The notes under the pieces were generated by a model. It saw only the letters and a program-made list of their open reading frames with translations, did no database searches and was not told where the DNA came from. A stretch of 64,000 bases of DNA, taken from NCBI RefSeq assembly GCF_006345805.1, contig NW_021835972.1:1-64000 (forward strand). Reading direction: 5' to 3'. Shown here piece by piece: positions 13,339 through 27,667 of this stretch. Both the position numbers and the translations under genes were made by a program. The DNA is from Octopus sinensis (Eukaryota). Positions within the stretch are counted from its first letter, which is position 1, and each line of letters starts with the position of its first letter.

Positions 13339-13817
13339 TGTATATATATATATATATGTTTGTATATATATATATATGTTTGTATATATGTATATATATG
13401 TATATATATATATATACATACATGTTTCTTTGCAGTGTTTATACAAAGAATGGATGTTGCTGAATAAGCGTTATTATTCTTCAGGAATTAATTGTACGAT
13501 TTATAGTTTTGGATTAGGGATTCAGAAACACTGCCTGTTTCTTTACTTCTTTGATTCTTTGATTTTTGTGGAACTAACATTTCGCTATTTGTGCTTTGCT
13601 ACAAATAATTATGTGTGTGTGTGTGTGTGTGTAAATAAATCTTTGCATGTATCTTTGTATCCATGCACATGCACACACACACATACAAATATATAGCTGT
13701 TTGATTTCACATGCACATATATATGTATACATCTGTATATACTTGCTTTCTCTCACATGGATGTAATAAATATCTGCTCTCTCTCTTACAGATATACACC
13801 TACTCTCTCTCATATGC

Positions 13818-13864
<47 letters not shown>

Positions 13865-13958
13865 ATATAATATATATACACCTTCTCTCTCTCTCACACA
13901 CACACACATACACACACCTGCTTTCTCTAAAGTGCATAGAATAGAAATAAATAAATAA

Positions 13959-14002
<44 letters not shown>

Positions 14003-14239
14003 AAACATACACACACACACCTACTCTCTCCCATAGGCACATATATATATGCCTGCCACCACCTCTCTTTATCATGCACACACCACACACACACTGAGAT
14101 TTTCTTTTCTAATTGAGTATTGGTTAACTGAATTTCCTTATCATACTCTGTTTCAAATATGTTGATTGCATCAAATGCACAAAACCCCAAATTATGAGGA
14201 AAGAATTCTGTTCACCACCATGAAATTCTAAAACCCAAG

Positions 14240-14640
14240 CACACAGGAGTGGCTGTGTGGTAAGTAGCTTGTTTACCAACCACATGGTTCCGGGTTCAGT
14301 CCCACTGCATGGCACTTTGGGCAAGTGTCTTCTACTATAGCCTCGGGCCGACCAAAGCCTTGTGAGTGGATTTGGTAGACGGAAACTGAAAGAAGCCTGT
14401 CGTATATATGTATATATATGGGTGTGTGTGTTTGTGTGTCTGTGTTTGTCCCCCAAATCACTTGACAACCGATGCTGGTGTATTTATGTCCCCGTTACTT
14501 AGCGGTTTGGCAAAAGAGACCGATAGAATAAGTACTGGGCTTACAAAAGAATAAGTCCCGGGGTCGATTTGCTCGACTAAAAGCGGTGCTCCAGCATGGC
14601 CGCAGTCAAATGACTGAAACAGGTAAAAGAGTAAAAGAGT
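14240..14640 (+). mobile_element. SINE family B, full length
   Basis: Same head, body and tail as 8978-9395. Confidence 0.88.
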
Positions 14641-14689
14641 ATATTGTGTGGGTGGTTGGTGAGGTGTGTGTGAAATGGCAATCTGTCAA

Positions 14690-15000
14690 TCTTGACGATG
14701 AGGGTTCCAGTTGATCCGATCAATGGAACAACCTGCTCGTGGAATTAGCATACAAGTGGCTGAGTACTCCACAGACACGTATACCCTTGGCGTACTTCTC
14801 TAGGAGATTCCACATGATGCAGGATGTGACAAAGCTAGCCCTTTCAATTACAGGTACTACTCACTTTTGCCAGCTGAGTGGAGTGGAGCAACGTGAAATA
14901 AAGTGTCTTGCTCAAGGACACAGTGTACCACTGAGAATTGAACTCATAAACTTACAACCGTGAGCTTAATACCCCTAACCACTAAGCCACGTGCCTTCAC
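14690..15000 (-). mobile_element. tRNA-derived CORE-type SINE family E
   Basis: Minus: gtggcttagtggttag..gagttcaattct..gtgtccttgagcaagacacttt; relatives at 18410-18650, 22500-22810, 25490-25620. Confidence 0.75.
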
Positions 15001-15237
15001 AGATGAGTCTAGGACATTTACCCCCCCCCCCCCCCCCCCCGCATACAATGACCTACCCAGGGACAGCAGATGATAATTTAAAACTTCTTGATATGTTGGG
15101 TAATTAACCAAGGTTGGTAATTGTCCAAGGGGGTAATTGTCTTAAAACATTCACAGATGTGTATATATGTGTGCCTACTAGATATGTTTACGCACACACA
15201 CACATGTAAAACTATTATTTGCATTATATACAAATAT

Positions 15238-15651
15238 GTGCTGTGTGGTAAGAAGTTTGAAAGGCGGTGAGCTGGCAGAAACATTAACACGCTGGGCGAA
15301 ATGCTTAGTGGTATTTCGTCTGCCGCTACATTTTGAGTTCAAATTCCGCCAAGGTCGACTTTGCCTTTCATCCTTTCGGGGTCGATTAAATAAGTACCAG
15401 TTATACACTGGGGTCGATATAATCAACTTAATCCGTTTGTCTGTCCTTGTTTGTTCCTTCTATGTGTGGCCCCTTGTGGGCAGTAAAGAAATAAAATGTT
15501 TGATTCCCAACAGCATGGTTCCTGGTTCAGTCCCACTGTGTAGCACCTTGAGCAAGTGTCTTCTACTGTAGCTTTGGGCTGACCAAAGGCCTGTGAGTGA
15601 ATTTGATAGACAGAAACTGAAATAAACCCATCATCTCTCTCTCTCTCTCTT

Positions 15652-15691
<40 letters not shown>

Positions 15692-15910
15692 CATGCACCT
15701 TTGTGAGAGTCTTTGGTGCCTCCTCTTCCCCAGTGCTTGACAACCAGTGTTGGTGTGCTTAAGTAATTTAGCGGTTCAGCAAAAGACACTGACAGAATAA
15801 GTACCAGGCTCAAAAGGAATATATACTGGGGGTTGATTTTTTTGACTAAACCTCTGCAAGGTGGTGCCCCAGCATGGCTGCAGTCAATTGACTGACACAT
15901 GCAAAAGATA
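15238..15910 (+). mobile_element. SINE family B interrupted by SINE family A (15262-15493)
   Basis: B head gctgtgtggtaagaagtttg resumes as ttcccaacagcatggttcc after the A copy. Confidence 0.85.
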
Positions 15911-16192
15911 AATGATACATCATCATTTTAACATCTGCTGTATTTTTTTTTTTTTTGCTTACCTGGGTCAGACCGAATCTGTTCAGGTAGATTTCTTGTT
16001 CATGGTTGGATGCCCTTCCTGTCACCAACCCTCGCTTGTTTTCCCGCCCCCTGACCAAATGTGTTTCCACATAAGAATGGGAATGGCATTGCTTGCATAA
16101 CGGTGACACTCGTTTACAATTATCATGCAATGTCAGGACAAGGTTGCGCAACCCCTTCCTCCACATATGTGCGACAGGCTTCTATCAGTTTC

Positions 16193-16607
16193 TTATTTCT
16201 TTATTGCCCACAAGGGGCTAAACATAGAGGGGACAAACAATGACAGACAAAGGGATTAAGTCGATTATATCGACCCCAGTGCGTAACTGGTACTTAATTT
16301 ATCGACCCCGAAAGGATGAAAGGCAAAGTCGACCTCGGCGGAATTTGAACTCAGAATGTAGTGGTAGACGAAATACCTATTTCTTTACTACCCACAAGGG
16401 GCTAAACACAGAGAGGACAAACAAGGACAGACAAATGGATTAAGTTGATACATCGACCCCAGTGCGTAACTGGTACTTAATTTATCGACCCCGAAAGGAT
16501 GAAAGGCAAAGTTTGACCTCGGCGGGATTTGAACTCAGAACGTAGTGGTAGACGAAATACCGCTAAGTATTTCGCCCGGCATGCTAACGTTTCTGCCAGC
16601 TCGCCGC
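16193..16607 (-). mobile_element. SINE family A dimer inserted in a family D (B-head/C-tail) SINE
   Basis: Two units with the gacgaaatacctatttc junction; TSD ctatcagtttct. Confidence 0.85.
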
Positions 16608-16801
16608 CTATCAGTTTCTGTCTCTGAAATCTATTCTGGGGCAGCTGTAGACTGTCGCGCAAGGTGCCACACGATGGAAGTTAACCTGAAGCCATATAGT
16701 TAGGAAGAAAACTTCTTAACTGTATTGCCAGCTTTGTTGTCGCTAAGATCTGATACATATAGAGTGTCACTGCTAGCTGTCATGTCCATCCATCTACCCA
16801 T

Positions 16802-16843
<42 letters not shown>

Positions 16844-17445
16844 ATTATCTGTATGCATACATACACATACACACACACACACACACACGCACACATAAAT
16901 ATATAACACATGCCTACATACATACATACATACGTGTATATTATATTCTATATATATGTATGTATGTAGGCATATGTATATATTTATGTGTGTGTGTGTA
17001 TGTATATGTATGCATACAGATATATAATATATAATATATATATATATATATGGGTGGATGGATGGACATCACGGCTATATGTATGAGTATATATCTATAT
17101 ATATATATATATATATATAGATATATATATATATATATATATATACTCATGCATATGCACTCACACAATATTGTATGTATATGTATGGAGTATATATTGT
17201 GTCTGTATTTATATGTATGTATATGTGTGTGTGTGTATATATATATGTGTGTGTGTGTGTATGTATGCATTTATATATATAAATATATGTTTATATCTAT
17301 ATAGAGAGAGTGTGAGAGAGTGTTATATATCAGTGTGTGTAATAACTATTATTTGTATTATATACTTGGAGTGTGAATGCATAATCTGAAATGTATGGAT
17401 TGTCACAGCTCGTAATATCCATTTACAGAGAGTCATACATACCTG

Positions 17446-17494
<49 letters not shown>

Positions 17495-19396
17495 TGATGA
17501 TCTGAATTTCAAATTCCTTATACATATAAAAACGTAGAGATATAATATGGTGATATCAGCATAAAACATTTGTTCGTGAGCTGTGAGATGTCAGGTTTCA
17601 CACAAGTGTGCACTCGTCGGTGAAGCAGAAATTATTTAATACGTTAGCAAATCTATTTTGTTCAGTTGAAAGGGTATAAGTTAACCAAATCATGGGTATT
17701 GTCAGATCGCAATTTACTGCCTCACAGAGGAATAGGCGCTATTTGAATTGCTCTCTCTCGCTCTCTGTCTCTCTCTTTCTTCCCTGCCCCTACATTAAAT
17801 TCCACAACAGGAACTGGGAACATAATTTATATTATTTCGAAATATATCTGAATATATTCTATTTTGTAGCAGAGATACAAGTGTGGTCAATGCTGGTCTG
17901 GATAAGGTTCAACGAGTTTATTGTGTGGATATCTAATGCATATGTAAGATATATGTTCGATATCCATGTAATATCATAGATGCATAAAATGTTGATATAG
18001 ATGATATTTCTCTGCAAATTGGGAGATCTCAGGCTTCATGCAAGCATGCATTTGTCATATAGATTGTGTAATATGTAGGGCTTGCCGAGGACTTGTGAAT
18101 TAGATTTAGCAGATCGTAAATGGAAGATGACAAAATGTGATGTCAATCCCTTAATAACTTCAACTCTTCACTTTCTGTGGTGCATTGGCCATAAACGAAT
18201 TTGCTGCACCCTGGCTGTCTTTTCTGCTTCTCTCCAGTTGAATTCTTGCTTTCTTCAGCTCTCTCTCTCAGTATCTTTCCTCCCTGAAGGAAGGCCCTTC
18301 TCCCCCAAAGATATATCGGGTTTTAATTGCCATTGATTCTTCTGTAATGTTTCTCAGGATAGGAGTATTGACCCTATGGATGCTGGTTAAAAAGAAAAGT
18401 GATGGTAAAGTTACCTTCTCAACTCATACCGACTCATAAGGGCTGGTTTCCTAGTTTCATGGCGTCTAAACTCCCCTCCTGGATGGAGCGGTGGTCTGTC
18501 GTAGGATTACTCATTTTTGCCAGGTCTATGGACTGGAGCAATGTGAAATGAAGTGTTTTGCTCAAGAACACAACACATTGCCTGGTCCAGGAATCGAAAC
18601 TTCAACCTTATGATCATGACTCCAACACCCTAACCACTAACCCACATGCCTCCGCTATGCATGCTGGCACAGGGTTGAATGAGTTCTCCTGGTTGGGGGT
18701 CAAGTCAATCCACATTCAAGGTACTACTTACCCAGATGGGTCGGAGGACCTCACCCTGCTCAAGTTTTCATCTTTCAGCTTCCTCACCCTATCCACCCTA
18801 GAAAGTGCACTGGGTACATTTTTGATGACACTTGCACTATAGCAGTAGCCATGTCCTTAATAGGACAAATAGGGCCTCACGGACCTCCCTCATCAATGTT
18901 TTTACTGAGCAAAAAGCATGATTGATAGTCATGATGAGAGGTATTAGTCAGAGTATGATGAATGATTGTCTTACATATCTTTTACCAGCGTCGCCTTACT
19001 GGCACATGAAAAAACATTCGAGCGAGGTCGTTGCCAGTGCCACTGGGCTGGCTCCTGTGTAGGTGGCATGCAAAAAAAAAACACCATTTGAGCGTGGCTG
19101 TTACCAGTACCACCTGACTGGCCCTCATGCCGGCGGCACGTAAAAGCACCCACTACACTCTCGGAGTGGTTAGCGTTAGGAAGGGCATCCAGCTGTAGAA
19201 ACTCTGCCAGATCAAGATTGGAGCCTAGTGCAGCCTTCTGGTTCGCCAGTACTCAGTCAAACTGTTCAACCCATGCTAGCATGGAAAGTGGAAGTTAAAC
19301 GATGATGATGATGATGATCTTTATATTCAGATAATTCTATGCTACACAGTGAATGATTTCATTTTTATATATAATCTTTCTTATTTTTTTCTGCAG

Positions 19397-19469
19397 TTGT
19401 TGGGCAGGCAAACATGATGAAAGGCCATCAATGTCCGAAGTTGTGAGCACAATGACACAAGTGTCCCAG
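19397..19469 (+). CDS. Internal exon of a protein kinase gene, subdomain XI (TKL group, TAK1/MAP3K7-like)
   Basis: Polypyrimidine tract + ctgcag acceptor and cag|gtaagt donor; reads CWAGKHDERPSMSEVVSTMTQVSQ (CW....RPSM.EVV). The TAK1 assignment rests on recalled similarity only. Confidence 0.8.
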
Positions 19470-20539
19470 GTAAGTCAGTTCTTCTTGCCTTCAAAACTTT
19501 CAACTAAATCAAACTAAATCAAATTTTGCTTTTTTTTACATTTATTCACACCCCTAAGAATCCCTTTCAACTCATGGCTATGTTACTCCCCCTCTACTCA
19601 TGCTCATAATCAGGGATGCACACATTGTCTGCCTCTAAGGAACATGCTCAACTGGTTACGGTCAAGCAACTGACAACAGATTTAGGGTGTTGAGCAGAAT
19701 ATTTACTCTAATGATATTTCTGCTTCAGCATCTCAGCACTGAATCTATCTGAAATGTAATGGAAAACCGGTCAGTTTCAAAACATTGATGTCCAGGTCAC
19801 AAAAAGCAAAGTTTGAAGGGAATGGTTGTCATTTCCTTTGATTTCTAGATAGAAACAAATAGGAAATAACACTTACTGACCAAAGACAAAAAAAAATATT
19901 TTGTTTTGCAGTGTTATTCATCTTCATATAAAACTGTAGTCGCAGCAAACATTGCCAAAAGCAGAAACAGAAAAACAAAAAAAAAAACTCATCTTCAACC
20001 TGAACTGACTAAATTCAAACAGACTTTAATAAAAACAATAAAAACTGTATGTTTAACCTCAGTTTGTAAATATGACATTCTATAAAACTGTTTGATTTAT
20101 TATATTTACTTATCAGTTTTGCTCTGTAGCCTATATTGCACAACAGCTGTTGAGAATTATAACTTCTACTTTTCCCCATGTCATACATTTATTCTTAGCC
20201 TGTGGGGCCTCTTCTTCAGTATATAAGGGCTCTTTTCTTTTTCCATTTAGTTATCACTACCCTACAGTGCTGGCCATTCTCCCAATCAATGGCCTTTTGT
20301 AATTAAATACTGCAAAAAGCCATATTATTATTATGTGATATTTTAGCTTCTGTATCTTGCTTCTTTCCATTGTGGGACTGTGGCCATGCTGGGGTACTAC
20401 TTTGAAGGGTTTTAGCTGAGCAAGACAACCCCAGTACTTAATTTTTTAAGCCTCATACTTAGTCTATCAGTTTCTTTTTCAAAACTACTAAGCTGTGGGG
20501 ACAAAAACAAATGCAAAATGAATATAACACTGACATCTC

Positions 20540-21779
20540 ATTTTAATATTTACCAAAATTACAGAAAAATATCTTGAAATACTAAAGAGTAAATTTATTC
20601 AATAAAATCGCCATTGGCTTCAACCACGACCTCCAAATAAACTTTGGGATCTCCTGCAACTCTTCTGGATGGTCTCCTTGTTTAAGTTGGCGAATGCTGC
20701 CATAATCCTTGCCTTCAGTTCATCTTTGGGGTTACAAGGAGTTTTGTTGGTCTCTTACTCAACTGCACCCCACACATAATAATCAAGGAGGTTGCAGTCT
20801 GGGGAGTTAGCTGGCCAGATTTTAGGGGTGATGTGGTCACAGAAATTGTTTGACAGCCATGACTGGGTTTTCCTGCTTGTGTGGCATGGTGCAGAGTCCC
20901 GTTATCAGACACAGGGTCTTCAGCAATCACCCTCTTGACCCAGGGCAGCACTACCTTCTCCAGGCACTTGATGTAGGCCTCCGTGTTGAGTCTGGGGCCA
21001 TAAGGGAAGATGAATGGAGGCATAATGTCACCATCATTAGTGATCACTCCAAACACCATGATGTTGACTGGATGTTTGATTTTTATAACTCTTGGTACAT
21101 GTTTTGGGGACACGGCAAGCCAACAGGTTTTCTATGTGTGTTTACTATCTGATCCTGACAGAAAATTTTCTCATCAGAAAAACCAAAGCATGTTCAGTTG
21201 GAAGGGATACTTGAGTTTGTTCAAAAGCTTCGTAGCATTGTCTTTCCTCTTGTCCTTGATGGCTTGGGATAAAAATTGGCCCTTTCTCATCTTCTTAGAG
21301 AAATACTGAATGTCTTCATGCACTATCTGCCTGATAAGAAACTCAGACACTCTCATGGCCCTGGCGATGGGCCTGATTGACTTGGAGGGATCGTTGTCAA
21401 TCATGGTCTGGAACTCACCAACAAATACAGGAGTTCTTTTCTTATCAGAATCAAAGTGAGTTTTCTGAGCTGCTGTACCTTCATAATCATCATCAGGCCC
21501 ATCCGGTTCTTTCCGAATTCTCTGCAGTGTCCGCAAATTGACAATTGACACCCAAATACTCTGAAATGTCCATATTGGAACTTCCAGTGCAAATGCCAAG
21601 CAGTACAGCATGTCATTTCCAAATTTCTGGGCAGAGTGAATTGCATCATGGGGCTGTTTTTCTCACAGATGGTGCCCAGCTGACCCTACTATACTGTGTA
21701 GTCAACAAAATCAACAACAAACAATGCACATGTGTGAAATTAAAGACATAAAATGGTGACAATTTACCCATCACACCCT
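20540..21779 (-). mobile_element. Tc1/mariner DD37D (maT) transposon, decayed
   Basis: WFF*DEK, MVFGVI..G, DSAPCH..WPANSPDCNLLDYYVWG with 37 residues between the last two D; stops and frameshifts; one TIR-like end gacaatttacccatcacaccctata. Confidence 0.92.
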
Positions 21780-23125
21780 ATATGTGTGTGTGTGTGTGTG
21801 CATGTGTGAGTGACTTTGTCTGTTTGCCCCCCCCCCCCACTGTCAATTGACAACTGATGTTCCTGTAACTTGGCAGTTTGGGAAAGGAGTCCGATAGGAT
21901 AAGTACTAGGCTTACAAAGAACAAATCCTGAGGTCAATTTCCTTTACTAAAAAATCATTTAAAGCGGTGCTCCAGCATGGCTGGAGTCAAATGACAGAAA
22001 CAAGTAAAGGAATATATATATATATGTGTGTGTATATGGATTTCCACAGTTTCCATGCTCAACTTGCTGTGAAGTGGGACTGAACCTGAAACCACATAAC
22101 TGAAAGGCAAGCTTCTTAACCACATAACCATGCCTTTCTTTTTTCTTACCATGAGCCCTAGGGGTCATAAGGTTGTTCACTCGTTTTCCATGGTGTATAA
22201 GTCCCAGAGATCATAGCACCCTCTTGATTATCAGTTGTAGGTTTCGAGGGCAGTAATTTTGAGGGGTGGGCGCAAATGGATTACATTGATCATCATCCTC
22301 ATTTAATGTCCATTGTCCATGCTGGCATGGGTTGGATGGCTTTACCAGGGCTGGTAAGTTGGAAGGCTCCTGTCTGATTTGGCATGGTTTTCTATGGCTG
22401 GAAGTCCTTCTTAATGCCAATCATTCTGAGAGTGTAATGGTTGCTTTTACATGCCATCTGCATCATGCATGATATAATGTCAAAGGTCTCGTTCATTGCC
22501 TCAAACCCTGCTTCATGGGATTGCACCTAGAAAGTTCCCCTCCGATGAACAATATCGGGCAAGGTTGTTTATACCAACAGTTGCCCAAGCATACCACCCT
22601 CCCCTCTCCATACCGCTGATGTTGTCCAAGGGAAAGACAAAGGCTGGTACAGTTTAGCACCAGTGACGTCAGAACGCATGTCTACAGCTGAGTAAACTGG
22701 AACAATGTGAAATAAAGTGTCTTGCTCAAGAACGCAACACACAACCTGGTCTGGGAACAGAACTCACTACCTCTTGATTGTGAGCCTGACACTCTAACCA
22801 CTGAGCCATGCATCTTATCCTTTATTGATCCTAGTACTTGACTGGTTACTTTATTTTGTCGCCCCCTCCCTCACCAAAGTGGTGAAAGGTAAAGTTGCCC
22901 TTGGCAGAATTTAAATAATACAGAGACACCATTTGCAGGAAAAAGCAAGAGCCAAGCTGAGTAAGACAAGCATTTGTCAGAGTTTGAAGACCTCACTTCT
23001 TTTTTTGATCAGCACCTCAGTGTTGGTGGTCAGTGGAGTGACTCAACACTTCTGTTTTGGGGTCCATGGTTCAATTCTTGAGCTAAGAACTTTTCTATCA
23101 ACCAAGAAAATTGTGCATAGAAATA

Positions 23126-23357
23126 TATTTCTTTACTACCCACAAGGGGCTAAACACAGAGGGGACAAACAAGGACAGACATAGGTATTAAGTCGATTAC
23201 ATCGACCCCAATGCGGAACTGGTACTTTATTTATCGACCCCGAAAGGATGAAAGGCAAAGTTGACCTCGGCGGAATTTGAACTCAGAACGTAGCGGCAGA
23301 CGAAATACCGCTAAGCATTTCTCCCGGCACACTAATGGTTCTGCCAGCTCGCCGCCT
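23126..23357 (-). mobile_element. SINE family A, full length with 18-bp TSD
   Basis: aaattgtgcatagaaata at 23108-23125 and 23358-23375. Confidence 0.93.
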
Positions 23358-23854
23358 AAATTGTGCATAGAAATAGTCTTGTAGTCATTCTGGTCTTTCT
23401 GTCCTTTCCCCTTGTCCCACCCTCTCCTCCTCTTTATAAATAGACGCATAGAAAGGTTTGTGTTAATTAAGCTAATTTCATTAAATTGAAATGATCTGAC
23501 AATTATTTCTTCCGAAAATTTCCTTGGCTTAGACTGTTTAAAAATTTTATATTGTTTAAGAAGTTCCTAAATATTTTAAAAGTGCATGTGCACACAGTTG
23601 GACATATTGCTGTCTGTGTGTGTGCATGCTAATATGCTTGTGTGTGTGTGTGTGTGTGTGCTTGCGTGTGTGTGTGTGTGTGTGTGCATGCGTGTGCATG
23701 TTGGTATGTTCATCTCTGTGTGTTGGTATGCTTTTGTCTGTATGTTGCTAGGCTTTTGTGTATGTGTGTGTGTCTGTATGCTTTTGTCTGTGCATATGCT
23801 GCTAGGCTGTGCGTGTGTGTGTGTATGTGAGTGTGTGTGTGTGTGTGTGTTATG

Positions 23855-23897
<43 letters not shown>

Positions 23898-24891
23898 TGT
23901 ATCACTGTGCATATGTGAATGTGCTATTGCTGGTGTGTGGACATATGTATGGGGGTATATGCTAGCGTGTGTGTGTGTGTGTGGGGGGGTAATAAATATT
24001 TTTGCATACATGTGTACTCATGTATGTGCATGTACCTGTGTTTGTGCATACATGTGCATGCGTGCGTGTATGTGTGTGTGTGTGTGTGTTGTGTGTTGTG
24101 TGTGTATGTGTGTGTGTGGTGTGTGTGTGTGGTGTGTGTGTGTCTGTGTGTGTGTGTGTGTCTGTGTGTGTGTGTGTGGCAGTAAGCTTTCCATTCAGGC
24201 TAAACAGATTTGGTCTGAATCATCCTTATTTAATCATTTCTTCCTTCTTTGACAAAAGTAAATCAGTTAATGTTAACGGCAATGTTTTTGTAGCAGCAGA
24301 TGTTCTTGTCGAATGAAGCGGTCGTTCGGCAACCGGTGGCGGCGGCGGTGGTGGTGATGGCAGCGCGGGAAGTGTGTGTGTGTGTATGTGTGTGTGTGTG
24401 TATGTGTGTGTGTGTGTATGTGTGTGTGTGTGTGTGTGTCCCTACTTAAACCAGTAGTTTCGCTGTCAGGCGCTTTGTTTGCAATTTCCCTAATGATGTT
24501 CATTGTTGCACAAATTGCGCCTTCGTCATTATAAGAGCGCAGATTTCGACAATGGGTTGCGAGTGGATGTGCACCGAGCATTGACAGGTTGATCTGCTTA
24601 GTGAATAATTTCTGCTTCTGCTGCTGTTGTTGTTGTTGCAGTAATGGGATATTCTTAAATGGTTATTGACTGGATTGGCGCCAAAGAATTTAGGCGGATA
24701 TATGCTTGGAAACAGGTTGAATTAACGACCAACCTGCTGTCGTTCTCAGACAGGGAAAGTGTGAAACTCTAAGACTACCGCAGAAAAGACCTATTCAATT
24801 GTTTTTGTAAAATTTTAAACAAGGTTTCCCTGTTATTACCACCAAGTTTATTTACCATTTTGTTTTCTTAAAAAAAAAAAAAAAAGCATAC

Positions 24892-25063
24892 AGGCGCAGG
24901 AGTGGCTGTGTGGTAAGTAGCTTGCTAACCAACCACATGGTTCCGGGTTCAGTCCCACTGCGTGGCATCTTGGGCAAGTGTCTTCTGCTATAGCCCCGGG
25001 CCGACCAATGCCTTGTGAGTGGATTTGGTAGACGGAAACTGAAAGAAGCCTGTCGTATATATG

Positions 25064-25094
<31 letters not shown>

Positions 25095-25310
25095 ATGTGT
25101 GTGCTTTTGTCCCCCTAGCATTGCTTGACAACCGATGCTGGTGTGTTTACGTCCCCGTCACCTAGTGGTTCAGCAAAAGAGACCGATAGAATAAGTACTG
25201 GGCTTACAAAGAATAAGTCCCGGGGGTCGATTTGCTCGACTAAAGGCGGTGCTCCAGCATGGCCACAGTCAAATGACTGAAACAAGTAAAAGAGTAAAAG
25301 AGTAAAAGAG
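24892..25310 (+). mobile_element. SINE family B, full length
   Basis: Near-consensus copy with (taaaagag)n tail. Confidence 0.9.
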
Positions 25311-27120
25311 AGTACAGTACTTTTCTAGGTTTCTATGGAATTACTCAGTAGATTCCAGATTTTCATGTTGGAGTTGGATTAAGTTCAAACTGTACCCCAC
25401 CTCCTTTGCTCTTCCACCCTCTTCTCTATTTGTTGTTGTATTTGTATTTCTATTTGTTGCTTTCTTGTCCTTACCATTTTGTTTCAGTGAGGGCACATGA
25501 CCAAGTGGTTCAGATGTTGCGCTCACAGTTGTGAGGTTTTGGTTTCAATTCCTCGATCGGGTGACATGTCATGTCCTTGAGCAATTGCTGCCATATTGCT
25601 CTGGGGTCACTTCATCATCTGACATGTGGTGCATTGTGCACCTGCAATGTCGATTTGACTGAGACCTTTGGCATTCATTGTTGCGCTTGAGAAGAAGACC
25701 TGTCAAACCAAGCAAAGGTCGCAGTCATGGCAGATACCAAAGTCATGCAAATGGCACCTGTGCTGGTGGCACATTAAAAACACCCTGGTGTCACATGAAT
25801 AGCACCTGTGCTGGTGGCACGTAGAAACACCCATTACACTCTTGGAGTGGTGGGCATTAGGAAGGGCATCCAGCTCTAGAAAACCATGCTAAATCAGACC
25901 GGATCCTGATGCAGCCTTCCAACTTCCCAGCCCTGGTCAAACCATCCAATCCCTGCCAACATGGACGACGGACATTAAAGGTGGTGCTCCAGCATGGCCG
26001 CAGTCAAATGACTGAAACAATTAAAAGAATGTGTGAGTGTATTTATGTGTGTGTATGTGTGTGTGTAACATTGTTTCACAATTTCATTTTGTTCAGTAGT
26101 TCTGTCTTAATCTTTTTTATTGTTCTGTTTTTCTCTATAAGCATGCACGCATGCATGCATGTGTGCATATATATACACACATATATGTGCATATATATGT
26201 GCATATATATATATGAGCATACATATATGTGCATATATATATGTGCATATATATATATGTGCATATATATATATACACCCACAGCACATCTTCGTCTTCC
26301 TTAACTATTTCTCTCCCATTATTCCGGTGCTGATAACTATTACATGCAACTTCCTTACCTCCAGCACCTCCCACCTGTTATTCTCTAATTTCACAATTAC
26401 ATATCTCAAATACATCTTTCGCATCTCACCGCCCTCCTCCATTTATCTCCTTCCCGTACTTGTGTTTGTTCTGTCCGTGTTCTTCAGTTGCCTCCTCACA
26501 GTTGCCTGAGCCAAATTATAATTTGATGCGGTCATCTGCTAAAATATTTTGCACAGTGATGATGATTACACTGTCCAGCTGACAGCTAATTGCTGCTGAC
26601 CATTTTCAATCTAAGCTCGTAAATGAATGCACAGCACCCCGCTCGACCATTGCTCTGTCTCTCCTCTCCTCTCATCATTTGCTATGTAATTCTTCCAGTT
26701 GTTGTTCATCCTCTCTCTATCTACCTCCCTCTCTCTCTGTATATATAAGCACAGGCATAGCTGTGGAGTAAGAAGTTTGCTTCTCAACCATATGATTCTG
26801 GAACCTTGGGCGAGTTGTCTTTTACTATAGCTTTCAGCTGACCTTGTGAGTGGATTTGGTAGACAGAAACTGAAAGAAGTCTATAGTGTGTATGTGTGTG
26901 TGTGTGTTTGTATAAATATAAAATAGGTGCAGGTATGGCTGTGTAGTTAGGAACTTGCTTCCCAACCACATGGTTCTGGGTTCAGTCCCACTGTATGGCA
27001 CCTTGGACAAGTGTCTTCTTGTATAGCCTTGGACTGACCAAAGCCTTGTGAATGGATTTAGTAGACCAAAACTGGAAGAAGCCCATCTTGTATGTGTGTG
27101 TGTGTATATATATACACACA

Positions 27121-27667
27121 CAGGGGTTGGACAAAATAATGAAAACAGCTTAAAATTTCAAACAAATTTATTTTAATATGGGGTAGGACTGCCTTTGGCA
27201 GTAATTACACCTTGAATTCTAAGAGGTATGGACTTGTACAAACTTTGAATTGCTTCCAAAGGAATTTTTGTCCATTCTTCAGCTAAAACAGTCTCCAGTT
27301 CTTGTAGTGATGATAGTAGAGGATTGCGACTCCTTACTTGTTTTTCTAAATTGCACCCTCTTTCTCAAAGGCACTTTCGAGACAGTACTTCTTGATACAC
27401 CAAACATTTCAGTTGTTTTCATTACGCTAGTGCTTGCCATATGAGCACCAACAATTTGACTTCTTTGAAAGTCCGATAGATCTGTCATTTTAATGAATTT
27501 TAATTACCTTTTTCTGATGATATCTGAAAAGAAAGAGTAATTTAGCAAAACTTATTAAGCGACACTTATAATAAATCAAAAACATAAAAATAAACAAGCT
27601 TTTGATGGTTTTATAGATATTTCTAAATTATGATGCTAGGTGTTTCCATTATTTTGTCCAACCCCTG
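27121..27667 (-). mobile_element. Internally deleted Tc1-like element
   Basis: ~27-bp TIRs caggggttggacaaaataatg(a/g)aaaca; TA on the right flank; N-terminal HTH MTDLSDFQRSQIVGAHMA..FGVSRSTVSKV. Confidence 0.92.

Noticed and set aside
17870-17943. Possible exon (also 3743-3810 and 51539-51610)
   Set aside because: AG/GT-like signals but no recognisable peptide; stops in most frames
18130-18390. Possible old RTE 3' remnant
   Set aside because: Similarity too weak to support by eye
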